NCBI RefSeq assembly: GCF_002571385.2
Contig: NW_019217824.1
Span: forward strand, 665,238-729,237
Direction: 5' to 3'
From: Stylophora pistillata
Taxonomy: Eukaryota
Length of the DNA: 64,000 bases
Position 1 is the first letter of the stretch. The number at the start of each line of letters is the position of its first letter. The notes under the pieces were generated by a model. That model saw nothing but the letters and a program-made list of their open reading frames with translations. It made no database searches and was not told where the DNA came from. Below, one piece after another: positions 40,201 through 54,729 of this stretch. The position numbers and the translations under genes are program-made.

Positions 40201-43200
40201 ACTTCCATTTGTATTTTAAAATTGTAATAATTAAAAATTTTTGCAATTTAGTTAGATGAGAGGTCCACACCAGGACTCACGTCTTACTGGTAATTTTTAC
40301 CAACCTATTTATCAAATAAGTACTACAATTACTAGAAGTAATACTGTAGCACCAAGGATATTGGAGGTCACTACTAAATCATTATGACAGTTTTGGTTCC
40401 GATAAGATTGTTTACTTAGTGGAAACTGAGAGAGGAACAACCCAAGTCAAGCCACTGAACAATTTTACATATACTACTGGCGCAGTTACTCTAATTTATT
40501 GCGGATAATCTGAGTTATCGCTCTTTGAATACATTTTCAAAGATAAAACAGCTACAGATTGGGGAGCTTTCCCGATCGATAGAACCTAAACACTTCATCG
40601 AGTCCATACACGTATCTTAAAATATGGGTGATAAATTTGCTTTCGGTCACACGTAATCACACATGTTTCCCAGCGTGGGGGTATGAATTCAGAGTCGTTT
40701 AGCTTATCAGCAAAGTTCATCAATCTCATCAATTTCAAACTGAGCTTCCGGTGCACCCCAGATATCCTCCGCTATCCACACAAAGCATCGAACGCGATGT
40801 CCTGTTGTCCAAAAATGGCCTGGCCGTGGTCCTTTAAATATTAAATAAGTCTAAGAAAATTAATTTTGCATTTGAGGCAGGTATACTATGCTCTCTCGCG
40901 GCGCTGAGTTAAGGACCCGTAAGCCTATTTTTAACGTACTAAAGGGTCTATTGCACAGCGCGTGGGACGGGCGGAGGCCGATTAAACAATCGCGTTTTCT
41001 TTTCGAGAAGAACCGATTTATCCTTATCCACTATCATGGAAAGTTTCCTGATCTGGCACAATACCCGTAGTTTTTGTACTGTGTCCCAAAATAATGAACA
41101 TTTTATTCGTTCCATTTAAATTGCTTCTTGACTCGCGCCCACTGTGGACCAAAATATATTCTTGTGACAGAAATACGAGCCACGGAAGTTAATCATTAAT
41201 TCATGATGCTACCTACATATAATTTTAGGAAAAAAAATTTATTGAATTCAAGGAAGGTTTGGCTGTTACCACACGAAATTCTTCTCCTCAGAATTCTGGT
41301 ACCCTTTTGTCTCGACAATTCCTATGGTCTACGGTTATTATAAGCACCGAGCCGAAAGCAGTGAGAAAGACAGTGATAAGGCAATGGTTCCGTACTGTTC
41401 TAAGCCATTCAAGTCGAATCCGTAATACTAACATTTCCTCATTGACTAGGCACACAAGTACTGAAACGCTAGCATGTTCTCTCGTTAATGAACGGTTTTA
41501 TGTTGAAATACTACGCATAATAAACGCAATTAGCCTCAAGGAGAATGCACAGTTCTTCTTCGTAGATCAGGAGATACTACTCATGATTTCGACCACCATC
41601 CAAAGATCTACATTTGTACAGTCCCAAAGTCCACACATTCGCGATGGAATTTGACTTTTTGGCAAATGCCTTTCGCAGGCGTCTTAAGTCGGTTGCACAG
41701 TTTACAACCATTGTGACTGCACAGTGCATGCCCACGAATGTTGATCCCAAGTCAACTGATCACTCACCGTGGTATCGGAAATAAACGTGTATGTTCATTT
41801 ATAATCAACACCCACGGTCACTTAAGCATGCGGAGGCAACGATGGTAAAAAAAAAGATTTAATCTGTATCACACATTGAATGTAAACAACACTCGCTTAG
41901 ATCCGAAAAGTCTGTGTAGTAATCTATGAATTTCGTCGATAAATGCTGTAGCAAAGGTAACACAAATGGAATCATACAAGCACATCAGAAGCGCCAGACA
42001 TGTAAATGGCTGGTTCCCACTTTAGACATTGGGCTCCTTATTACTGAACACATTGAAAAAGAAACGATTCTTATGTAGTGACTGGTTTATGTATCACTGC
42101 ATCAGATAGGTTATGGGTCATCAAAACAACCTTGAATATTATCACAGTAATTTCTTGACCGTAAGACACGTACTCTTGGAAGACGTTCATTCGGAGGAAA
42201 TCGTACCCTAATCGATGAAATATGTTTCAGTAAACGTGTCAGCGTTAATAGAGATTTTCCGGTAGAATAAGAGAAAACAGAAGACCTTGATAAGTATTTA
42301 TTTTTATACCACGGAATAAAAAAAAGCTAGAGGAAAGAAAGTTGCCTTACTTTGTATCGCTTCAGAAAGTACGTCAGGCAGAGCAAGTGAAGCCTTATCA
42401 GCCTCGGAAAGAGTCACTGGTGAGTACTAGCAGTTCACTTAGTGTTATTCATTCAAGCAGTTTGCGTAGTATCCACAAAAGCATGACAGGTGTTTGTTGA
42501 GATCAGTCAACTGAAAAGTGCCACGCTACTTTACTGCACAACTTAGTCATTATCAAGAGCTGTTTTGGCTACATAAGCTTCGTGGGTTAGGAAAAACAAA
42601 TACGGTGGCTCGTAGATGTATCGGGTCACCTCACTAATACAATTCATACTAGTAAACTCCCCAACACATTGTCCTATCTTGACAACGACATTCGATCTCG
42701 TCATTCATCAAGTTTGACCTTTAGCGCTGAAAATAAAAACAGCAGAGATAAGACCATGGAAAAAGCATGTGCTGTTTACGGCCGTTCTTAAATTTTTAAA
42801 TTTCTTGCGCAACCTTACAAAAGGAGCATATTAAATCGACATGCTCGTGCTTTGGTTCTATGCAGTGCCTGATACGATTTATATACGAGTGTCTTTTCCG
42901 GTTATCTTTTGGGATAGCTTCCTGTTCCACCGTTAGGAAAGGAAAACGCCTAGCCCTAGCAATTCTTTAACCACGTGATTTATCACCCACGCATCCGTAC
43001 TCACCTTAAAAATACAGTTGACGAAGACATTTTTTTGCATTGAAAAATAATCGCTTTGTCAATCTTCCGTGAAGATGGCAAATACAACTGCGAAGGCGTT
43101 TTTTTTCCGACAACGCAGTCGCTTTCACTTCAAGACGGAATCCAATACTACGAAGACACCACTTTTACATCATCACTACCAAATAAGGCTCTCGTTAACT

Positions 43201-46200
43201 TTTCGACACTTGTCGAAGTTCACTCGGGATTGGTTCGTATTTACTCGGAAATGGTTGTCATGGCTTTGTTATGGGATAATGTTATCCACCTACGCTCGTA
43301 TCAAGCAGTTCTGTCGCTTGTCATTAGAATGTTCAACAGGCCGTAACGCCTACGATTATATGCATAATTGGTTACAACACCAAAACCGTGCACACGGCCA
43401 ACGGAGGATCATTTCGAATGGTGTTTGCCGAGCGAGGGTACACAGCTGTAGTGACAAAAATACTTCGGAAAATATCAACACATTCTCAATCCGTTAGGAA
43501 AGGAACCTAGAACGTGACACTCTCACACGATCCCAGTCGGTGATGTTAGCAATGGCTTATCCACGTTTTCCCGCATATGAAGGTAATTATTTTTTTTTAA
43601 TTCATAACATAGGTTAGACTGTCGCTGCGACAATCACGAATTTTACGTAATCAGTAAAAAGACGTACCTTTCTAGTCTAAAAATATAAAATACTGGGTAT
43701 CTTGACCAGTCCGACAGAATTTATTCGCTTTCATGAGCTACGCCAGTTCGGATGTAATTCACAGGGTAAACGGGCCAGCTTCGCACGAGTGAACATCACA
43801 CTTTACTTGTATGTACATATATCGTTGTGAAATGGGCTCACTCGCTGTGTAAATATAAATTTAACGTAAAGTAAGACATTCCTACAGCACTAACGTAGTA
43901 ACGGAAAACACTTTCGAGAAGCTGTACGCTTTGGCATGCCAAATCGGAAACATTTTGATGCCCAGATCATCTGTATATATAGCAGTACTAACACTGGTCG
44001 TGATGGTCAGCATTGCTACTGTTTTTTCTTTACCTAACGGGAACTAGACCTGGCATTACTTTAAAAACCCGACACTCTAAGATTTTAACCTTGAAGGACG
44101 AACAGTTCGCAGCATCAAGTTTAAGTTTTAAGTTGAATTAAGCCGAAGAAAGCGGCACTTGTGAAGAACATTAACCTTTAGAGAATAACTGTTTTGGAGT
44201 AACTCAAGAAATATATGCATAGCTCGCCCACACGGTGTTCACAAAATTTCTATAAAATTCTTCGCCCAGCTGTCGCAACTTTAGGAATGGAGTTCTTCAA
44301 TCTTCTACAGCAATCAACTCCATCTTGCTAATAATTCCATGTGAGTTCTTGTCATAAAGAAATTTTCTTCATTTCTTCGCGAGTCATAGTCCACCTTACT
44401 GATATGCGTGGGTGTATACATGAAGACCAAGTGACTTCGAAAAGAAAAATATAGAGCTAGCTTTTTTTAGCGTTGATAATTCTCTTTTCAAAGCTTATTC
44501 AAAAAAAGTCTGAACATAGTAAAAGTGATTGTGGCAAAATTCGAAAATAAGACGAGATAAGTTGAGTTAAAGTTGGGTGTTAAACTGATTATCTTCTGTG
44601 TCACGCCCATAACGTTCTGGGGATCCTACCAACCTCGTACAGTTTCCCTTCTTCTCTTCTTTATCACCAAGTAAATCTATAATTCCAGTTGTTTATGAAT
44701 AACAGCTCTTAACCCCACACTGCAAAACCTTATAATAAATTCAAGTCTACTTAGTGTGCGCCCACGACTGGTTAGGATCGCCACGCAGCTGTTCGTTGGA
44801 CGGCCGAGGCCACCAGCCAACGCAGTGTAGTCTAGTTTATTACAAGCCAAAGCACCAGCTTTACAAGAGGAAAATTGGGAAAAACTGAAGAGCGTTAAGT
44901 TGCTTAACTAAAAGAAATTTTCAACAGAAAGCAATGACAAAAAGGTCTTTTATGCGGAGAATTATCTTCCCGAAAACCTCATATGAATGGCTATATTGTC
45001 AGGTTAGGAAGGTAAGCATTTCTTGTACGTACTCTTGCCCACGTGGTTACGCTATTGGCCCCACAAAACTAAAATTTTAATCTCGAAATAATGCGATTTT
45101 AAGGATAGAAAAAGAACTAAATGAAAACAAAAGGGTGTAGAAAAATCAAATTAATACACAGACCTAAAATTACAATCAATGTTGAAATAGGGTAACCCGT
45201 TCGACTCTTGCGAGCGAATACTAGCGATATCAAGACTCTACAAAATCAAGTAGATTGGAGGCGTAAAACGCATTTAGTTCCTTGCTTAAAGCCACAGAAA
45301 ACAATAGCAATTGGTGGCGCTGCAATACTGAGGCATCTTAAAGAAGTTAGAAAGACGTCATCGATGATATACATGTAGTGCAATCATGAAAGGCTACAGC
45401 TCTTCTCATCTACCTCAATGCACCTACCGGAAAACTGCATACCCTACGCTAAGACATGACTTTCCTTTTCTCCGTTTTAGCTTATAAAAGCTCGTTGAAG
45501 TTAAAGTTGTAAATGAAATGAACGCTCTTGTTTTTTCTCAAATCCACACCTCAGTACGTGCTAGTACTGCCTACTACCAGGTCTCGATTAACTACACAGC
45601 ACGACCGACATAACTGTTCCCTGTGTTCTGAGCGTCATAAATCAAACAAGGTTCTTTTTAAACAAGAAAAGAGAAATGTGCGAGAAGATAAACTGGGGAA
45701 GGTTAAAGTCGTACTTTTGAAAATAGTAGAACAACGAAACCCTTAAAAAAGGCGAAATAATCGTACCTCCAGGCTAAGGAAACACTAGCAAAAAGAATCT
45801 GAAGGATTTCAAGTGGTGACGTGTAAGTATATTAAAGCTTATACAAACAACAGAAAACACAAATACGGTCGATTAAACGGGGTAATAGTCAGTTGTGAGC
45901 AGTTAAATCAACGTAAAAGTTAATATCAAACCGATTGAACAGGAGGTTTAAGCTCTGTGCCTGGTAATTTCCTTTCCTTCCTTCCACCCGAGGATTCAAT
46001 GCCGCCAATGGAACAAATTTTAAGTCTGATTGCCGTAAAGAGGCAGTCTCCCAATTAAGAAAAAGTTGCTAACATCCGTAGGAGGTATTTAACCATCAGT
46101 AATAAGTCCATATCTGTAAAACTGAACGGCGTTTAGTAATGTTTAATTCAGGAAACAAATTACCCGGAATTTAAACCAGGAATTGGTCACGCGATGGTTA

Positions 46201-49200
46201 TAAATACGAGGTCCTTCCTTGGAGGCCTAGGAACGAACTGTCACCAATATATGAAAGCAGACTAGTTAACCTACTGTTAGTTCTGGAAGACAGAACTAAG
46301 AAATTTTAGCTGCACAAAAAGGATAAACATACCAAGGATAACAATTTGTGAGGTATGTGCGTAAAGTTAGGCAAGCTGCATGCAGCTCGCCGGAGGTTTG
46401 TTCAATGTTCTAAGGCAAAACTTTGTTATTATATTCTACTTCACAAACTGAATCAGACCGCTACTGATCGCCAACTATGATCGTTCTTTAAATGCTTCCG
46501 GCTCTGAATGCGTAGAATCCTTGTCCTAATATTTATCAGTTTTGAAGTATTGAAAAAAAGCTAACTTTGTATCAAAGAGCATTGCATACGGGGGAAGAGA
46601 ACGTCGGACAATACGTCAGTGGCATCTCATTCGAGTGATCCTCCTCTAGCTCAATTTGTCGAACCTAGTAATAATCATATGAGGCTAAAAATTTCTTGCA
46701 TGAGATTGTATCCAGTGGTCAATATTTTTCAATTAGCTACGACAAAAGAGAAAAGCTGTCTAATCGTCAGTTTTGAGGCGCAATTTTAAGTAAACATCAG
46801 TCATCTTGATGACTTTTCTTTGATGAGCCACGTCTTCACTCGCTAGCTAATTCGTGTCGCCTTTGTTGTTCCCACAATCACAGATTATATATCAAGTCTA
46901 AATTGGTTTCTGAAAATCAAGGGTTTTCAGAAAGCGTTTAGGTTAAAAGACATCGAATTAAAAAAATGAAACGTACATCCAGAGACAGAGTGTCCTTTGT
47001 TTCGTTTTGGAGTTAAAAATTCCCAATGGATGAATCGAAGCCAGTGTTAAGAGCTGATTTTTAAGTGAAAAGCCTGAGAAAAAGTCAGCAAAGCAATCAC
47101 AGATCATATTCTTAACCTCGGTCGAAAGTTTTGATTATATTTCGAAAGAAAATCCTTACCATTGCTGAGAATTATTACCAAACCTAAATTAACCCGCATA
47201 TTTATGGCTGGATATAGTGTCTTGTACTAGAATAACTATATGTTACTAAACTTGTTTCAGAAACAATAGGGTTTACGTAAACCGAAATTTTAGCAGTTAT
47301 GAAGCTTTCTAAGTCAATTTACGCCGTCTAGATTAATATATCATGAGCTGGAGACGTTTTATTTTCGATTTATGGCACGATATAAATATCTTCGGGTGAT
47401 AAATCAGTTAAATGTTTACGCCAAAGCTACGTTCTATTCTTCGAATGACAATATAGAGCAAATTAAACTGCAAGTTATTTCATTTAGAAGTTTCAAGTTT
47501 CCCCAATTGCTCATTCACTTTTTTATTCACCCCTCGTGCAACAAATTGGAAACTTAAGAAAAACGGCTGTGCTGTCAATGATATCAATTGTAATAAAGGA
47601 AAGAAATTGGCGGGGGTCGTTTGCTTAAATACAAATCTGAGACTCCGGCACATCGATTCAGCTGTACTACGAACTACTTCCTTGGGACAATTTGTGGGCA
47701 GTATTGCAAGGAAAAAGTTCCCTCCTGTTAATGGTTAACACAGCCGGCGAGTGAAATTTCGAGAAATGCCTTCAAGCTGAGAGTACGTACTGCATCATTA
47801 AACAAAGCATTGAACTTTCACAGAACCATGCGTGGGCAATAAGGTACTGTCGCACAGACTACACGCCAGGGAAAAAGTTATAGTTGCAAGGCCCATTAGA
47901 ATATTGATACTGAGTAACATTTAACAGAGCTTGACTAATAATTTTGATTGTGTCTATAAACCAACTGATTTCTAAAAACTGTTTTGAGAGCTGTGTAAAC
48001 AACTTTATTTGGCATGTCTACATGTGGAATAGGGAAACGAGTAGACTCAAATCTTTTCCCACATCATCAAAACAGAAAGAAACCCTGTATGAATTGTCAA
48101 TTGATCTAATTGTTTTACCTTGTCTTCTTTCTGTTGCAACCGGCGAAATCTTGTTAATACCATAAAATTTGTGTTGTTTCGGACAAGGCTTGGGCTAAGC
48201 TGCATCGAAAAAATTGCTTTCCAAGGTTTACTTTCACATCATTTCCTACTTTGGCTAAAGTCGTACTAACAACTCGACTGATGGAGATTAAAATGTTTGC
48301 GTGAAGACATGCAGTGGACGAAGGTCCTATTTTGTTTTCACCTGTGTCACGATAGACATAATATAAGGTTTCACTTGTGTTGTTAACGAAGCTGCACTGT
48401 GTAGGCGTCTGTCAAAGTCGGATATATTAGCTTTCTTTCAATCACTTTCTGGCGCAGACATTTCGGCTCAAACAAGCCGTGCCTTGTGCCAAGAAAGTTC
48501 ACTCGATCACACATACTGCGTTAACTCAAAGTTCTGATGCAATAACAATGGTAGTCTGATCGTCTTCTGAGAAAGAAGCACATCTTCGGACTATTTAAAA
48601 GCCTTTTCGTCTTGTACACCTCACCAAAAATGGCTGAAATCTGTAAAGGCGGCCGAGATCCTGTTGATTTCATTGACAGTTTGCAATACTGATGCTGCAA
48701 AAGTGAACAAACTTCCCTGTATGCCCTCAGGTAGGCTAGCTCCTATTCTTAAAGGTTATCTGGTAGTAACTGATGAGAGTAAATGATACTGATTTAACAT
48801 TGAGCGATGAACTAGAGTCCAATGGCTAGAGTCCAACTCCGAATGCACCCGGGAAAGAGCCTCGCATAATCAAAATACATTGGTTCAAATAATACTATAA
48901 GCCGTGAAACAACCCGCTCAAATTAGCAAATCATCAAAGATAGTCAAAGAACGTTTTTGATTAGCCCGAACACATCTTCAAAACATACAAATGGCGGCTG
49001 TGAGCGGAAGAATCCTTAACAGGGTTTTTCATTTGATAAACAGTGGAGTCGGCTAATCTTTCCCGCTTGGATTATGTAATACCTAAAAAATCAAAGTAGT
49101 CAATTCTAAAAATTGTCTTTGCCCACAAGATTAATGCGAAAGAAAGTCCTCAGAGATTTTGAGTCGGTCAATTCACTGCTGAGTTGGAAGGGGATAGCAA

Positions 49201-52200
49201 CCACATGTAGGCCACAACATACCCGTGGATAGCTTTCAGGACAACTGCCATGAACTTTCACAATTAAAATCGCTGCTATATTTGATAATGTTTAGTTCTT
49301 TAAGTCTAGAAAGAGTAGACTTTGAAATTCTCAACTAAACTGGGTCTGATATGCTAACGATCTCAAGATCTTGGCAAATGCTGCTCGCACCTGATTAGCT
49401 GCTTATCACTCCAACCAACATTTTAGCGTGCATAGGGAGTTAGAGCAAACCTTAAAATAACGCAAACTGCCGTATCCTCCAGCATCTATCCAAAAGCACC
49501 ATTTCTCGCTGTGAAAACTCTCCTTTTTAAGTATGCTAAAACGAATTGTAATGTAAAGTGCCGAATGCCAGAGCAATCAAGTCAAATCAGTTTGTTCGAC
49601 CCCAAAACGGTTGCTGCATCACAAAAGTATTTCAATTTGATTAATGCAAACAATGAATAAACACAATGTTACATTTTAACCTTGATCTTCAGCGAGCAAT
49701 TTAGTATTTTTAAGTAGACACACCGAGGAATAAACTTGTTGGCCCACAAGAAAGACTCGACCAAGTAATAGCATCACAGAGATCGTGAAAGTTCACCATA
49801 ATGAACCCTAAATTATCAACAGAACACTAAACAAGGCCGATAGGTGATAGTTAGCCGTTCATTTCTGATTCTTTCGCCTTTAATACAGTTTGCTACTCGC
49901 CTCACACACATGCACCAACACGATAAAGCGTAAGACAAAGGGTAGTCAACGCCATCATGTATGCTTTTTGAGGGAAACTTTTTCAATTCAGTTAGCAATC
50001 TAAGGACTCCCTGAATTGTGCAGCTCCTCGGCGTTGACCGACAAAAAAACGGTCAGCGTCTTTATCGGAAAACTACCTTCAGGCTTAAAAAAAAAAGAAA
50101 AAAGAGAACAAAAAAAAAAAAAATCAAAATAACTACGAGATTCCGAGGGGAGGACATTTGAGAGTTGTGGTTTTTCAGTCATGCGTTGCACAAGAAAGAC
50201 AAACAACTCGCGTGATTGATATTTGCAATGAGTTAGGGCACACCGGATGTAGGCATTGTCCAGACTGCACAGGTGGTGGTGTTGCCAACGTCGAACAGGT
50301 GAATACGCTATTATCAAACCCATCACTATGAGCTCTTGTTGATGAGCGAGGTATAATACAAGACAGAGGCAAGAACAGATCAATTGTCGCTTAAACGTTC
50401 TGATATTTTGAGGAGTCCTCTTTCATGGGAAGACATTCCGCCTTGTTTACGACAAAGCATGTAGCGTGATTCACAACCAACACAAGCCCCCGCACTTTTA
50501 ATTCGTTTTACCTGAAAGATATCGAGAGATGACGGGAATGCAGCGTCGTTTATCAACAGTAATGCTTGATATTGCCACCCCCTCATCGAGTCGTCATAAT
50601 ACTTATCCCCTGCCCTTGATAAAATTTAACACTTGTAATTCCTCAGCAATGACAGGATATTAGCTTTTATAACAGTTAGAGTAAAGACAAGAACTTAAGA
50701 ATGAAAACTAAGTCTATTGATCATCAGACTTTAAAACAAAAACAAATAGAGCCGAACAATAACGACTGGAATGTAGAAATGCCTTTTTGAGGTATCAGCG
50801 TGAATCTCAATAGCTACTCCATAGCGCGTACTGCTAACGGTGTCTGTTTGATAAATCTGCAGTGCACCTTCTAAATAAATGCATCCTCTGGTTGAACAGT
50901 GCTGGCATGTATGTTGTCCTTTCCGGCTTGCAAGGAATGCTCTTTCAATCAGTGAATTGAACGAAAGTCGTGGTGTCGTATCTCGGTTTCTTCTCGACTA
51001 GACTTATTTCATAGATGTGGCCAAAGAATTTGGGACTTTTAAAGATATTTTTCAAGGCACTACTAGGTATACGAGTTTTTCCAATTACGATTGAATGCTT
51101 GTGTGATAATTTAAAGAGAAAAACAATTTCAGGAAAAAGGGATCGCATCCCTAGAAGTGGTTGCAAAACGTGAAACTTCAAATTCTTCTTTTTCCGGTCG
51201 CCTGCTCTGAGGAACGATACCCTGCGAAGGTGCGAGGTTAAGTGGCTCCGTCCCAAACGCCCTTACGCAGGCAAAGTGTTTTTACTCAAATTCTAGTCTT
51301 ATCAATTATTAAAACTCTTTTCTTATAGATCTTATAGATCCGAGCCTGTAATACCCTTCTGTTTCCTTTTGAACATGCTGTAGGCATGAATATATGTTGT
51401 CCATAAGTACAACACTTTCAAGAAAGAAAAGAAATTTCAAGGATAGTAATGCAATCCTTTTGCAACCTCATTAATCATGCTGGCGGCAATAACTTCTGTG
51501 AGGTGATTAAGGGCGGCTCTCAAAACCACTTTTTTGGTGCGTGCACATCAAACTTGAAATCAGGGGTTACAAAGTAAACAAAATGATCACTATTTCTGTT
51601 TCAATTGGAAAGGACCGCGATTCGATTGAAAACGAGCTGTATTTAGAGCTATTTTGGTCACACTCGTAACTGCAATGAATTCTTAGTCCAAAAAGAATAA
51701 AAACATTCGTATAATGCAAAAGATAATTAATAAGACCTACACAAGCCTTAGCTATGAATACTTTCCGATGTTTTTATGAACAACTTGATCAAGTACAAGT
51801 ACATAAATATGAAACGCTGCCGGTAGTTTCAATTGGAACGTTTAGTCTCTTTGTTCTTTTTCTTTTTTTCATTTTTTGCTTCACATAAACAAAAGCAACT
51901 GCTCTGAACCTTGTGATTTACAATCACAGCTGAAGAGTCCAAAAGCAAAATAAGTCAATCGTCTTTTAAATGTGCTGACAAGGAATAAATTTCTCACTGA
52001 TGTATATTTATAAGTCGCAATCATTGTAGAAATTGAAGACTAGAATTTCCTAGGATCTCTTCAACGAGAATTATACTCATCTATGTGGTCAAGAATTTCA
52101 AATCAGTTTTAAATAGATTGCATTGAAAATTTAAATTAATGTATTTTTTATGATTCTACTTAATAATTTTAATGTTAATCGAGTTTGGTTCTATAAACAA

Positions 52201-54729
52201 AATCGTGTTATAGTTTGTCATGCTGATCACCAGTTGATGCCCGCAACCTTTCAGATTTTCTGACTATTTTTCCTTTCAAAAATTTGCTTTTATGATTGTT
52301 TCATAAATGTGGAAATATGGTAACACCTGAATTGTTCTGGTTACAGCATCAAAACAAACCCATGTTCGGTCGCCACGGAATTCAATTGCACCGTACTTGA
52401 AATGTCAGAAAACTTTGCCCACTTAACTTCAACCTAGGTTATGTTTTCAATTCTCTAAAGCTTTTGCCATTTTGAGCCTCGACGTTCTGCCGAGAGAAGA
52501 GTTTGCAGAAACTAAAAATGTACCGAGAGGCTGTCGGGTGTTACAACAGAATAAATAAAATGTGCAGTGGTCTGACTCCAATACGTTCCAATTCAGTAAT
52601 CACATCGAAGTTACCCGGACGACACAAAGATCATTTACTTTCACAATGTAGGAATCCGCCCAACTATTTGCGACTTTCGCAAGTTCATGGAATATTTATG
52701 CAAACAAACGAGAAGCTGACGAAATATTACGAAACGATATCGATCAACAACACGTCATGCTGTAGTACACTCTTAAGAAAAATGTTGATTCACGCATCAT
52801 CAATGTAAACAAAAAACTTAGTCTGAGGAGAGTGTTAACCACCAACGAAAACAAATATTATCTGTAAATAAACGTAAAACTTGTGTTGCTATGGCTTCAA
52901 TACAATCATGAAATGTTTCTTAAGTAACAAGCAGAAACGAATCGAAGAAGCAAACGTGACCGTAAGCCCAAACTGCTTCGTGACCGTAAAGTAATTTCAT
53001 TCAGTCAGAGATTGTGTTCGTGCTGACACGACGCCACCGACGGATTGCAAAACACTTGAGCAAATGCGTGACTTAAGGAGTGGTTTATATATGGGTGTGT
53101 CAGTGCTCAGACGCGTAAGGGTAAAGTTCATGCGTATTGTAGTTACGTTGCGCAATGTTGTTCAATCACGTCTTCACCAGTCGTTTCTAGAATAATCTGG
53201 ACACGCATGAGAAAGCTTACGGTCACGCACCTTTCAAGCGTGCAGCGTAAGTAAGCTTTGATCTAAAAATCAGGCGCTTTGCCTCTACGTTTTCTTCTTT
53301 AAGTTCCATATTTTGACAAAGAATTGTTATGACCCGCAATGATGAATTCCAGTATTCTTTGTATTACACTCTTTTCTTTTATTGCAGAGATGTCTAGAAA
53401 TAACAAAACAGTACGCTGAAAAAAAGAACACTTGTTCGTCTTTCATGTATATTCATGGTTACTTTTTGACTGTAAATGCGACTGAGCTATATTTGCCTCT
53501 AAAAAATCTATTCCAAAAATCATTCCCTTTTCAGTTTTCTTGAAAATGTGTAGAAGTTACATGATAAGCTCAACATAGAGTCCTGTAAACCATAGCATTT
53601 TCGTTTTTCCTTCCTTCTTTTTTCGGAGTTGCATAAAAGGTCTTTTAACTAATATGGTAACACGCGGTCTCCTGCCGGAAAGGTATCTTGGGATTCCTTG
53701 GCCATGATGAATTCATTAAAAAAAAAGTAATTAATGAGACAGCTAAACTGTTTCTCGACCACCATCTTGACAAATCAAGACAAATACTAGATAGTGAAGT
53801 GAGGTAAAAGGTTTTTCCCAAAAAGGAAGGCTAAACACTGTTTTGCTGGCACATGAAATTTCTATCACCTTCTTGAACCCTCTAATAGACAAATTCAGAC
53901 AAAACCAATTTAATATTCAAATGTTAAGACATTTTCACAACAATTATGGTGAGAAAAAGGACGAAAATAATACGAATGTTTTCTTTATGTTCTGTGCACC
54001 GTTCAAGATCTAAAGGATGTTTTTTATATCCGGCTCAAGTTATACCTGAATATCCTACCGAAAACTTTTGACGTACGGGTTTGGCACTGGTTCCGGAGAA
54101 AACCGAAAATAATCCAATATGAATGATAACTGCTACAATCGAATCACTCTCGATTGCATCGAACGAAACAAATTTAAAGCAAAATGCTGTTTTTTTTTTT
54201 TCCGAAGTGCGGACAACAAACAGGAAAGCAGACCATAACCTTCCTGATTGAAAAATGACTAGGATAACAGGAAATGTAACAAAAAGAACCTCGACCTCGA
54301 CAATACATCGTCGCAAATTTCGTCTTTTTTAGAGTAGTTTTCGTTGATAAGCCGCCACCCCGAAAGCGGCGGATCTCCAAAAACCTGATAACAATAAACT
54401 AAAAAACATCCTTAATATCGTTTCAGATTTGAATTGCAAATTCAGTCTCCCTTTCATTTAGGTGACAGAATCGACACATTTTTGAACGACATAACTCGAT
54501 TCTCCATGACCACCGCGCTTTTTTTAAGCAACTGAAATCCTCAAACTCTTTTCAAATTAGCAGTATGAGGCGAATTTCCAAAACCGTGAAGTTTTCAAAT
54601 GCGATATCATCACTCCCTTTTTCATCCGCTTTTGCTTCGCTTCCAAGATCTATGAATAAGTAATAAGTGTCAAGTTAATGATATCTGTGTTTTTCACCTG
54701 TTCCACCGGGTGAAATGAGATTCGCAGCA

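Noticed and set aside
41895-41915. TAGATCCGAA partial match to miR-100 (similar short matches to miR-2023 at ~17462 and miR-2022 complement at ~51889)
   Set aside because: Only 10-12 nt match recalled sequences and no precursor hairpin is evident.
43056-43497. Overlapping 96-aa and 142-aa ORFs
   Set aside because: Non-ATG starts as listed, no recognisable domain, random-looking composition.
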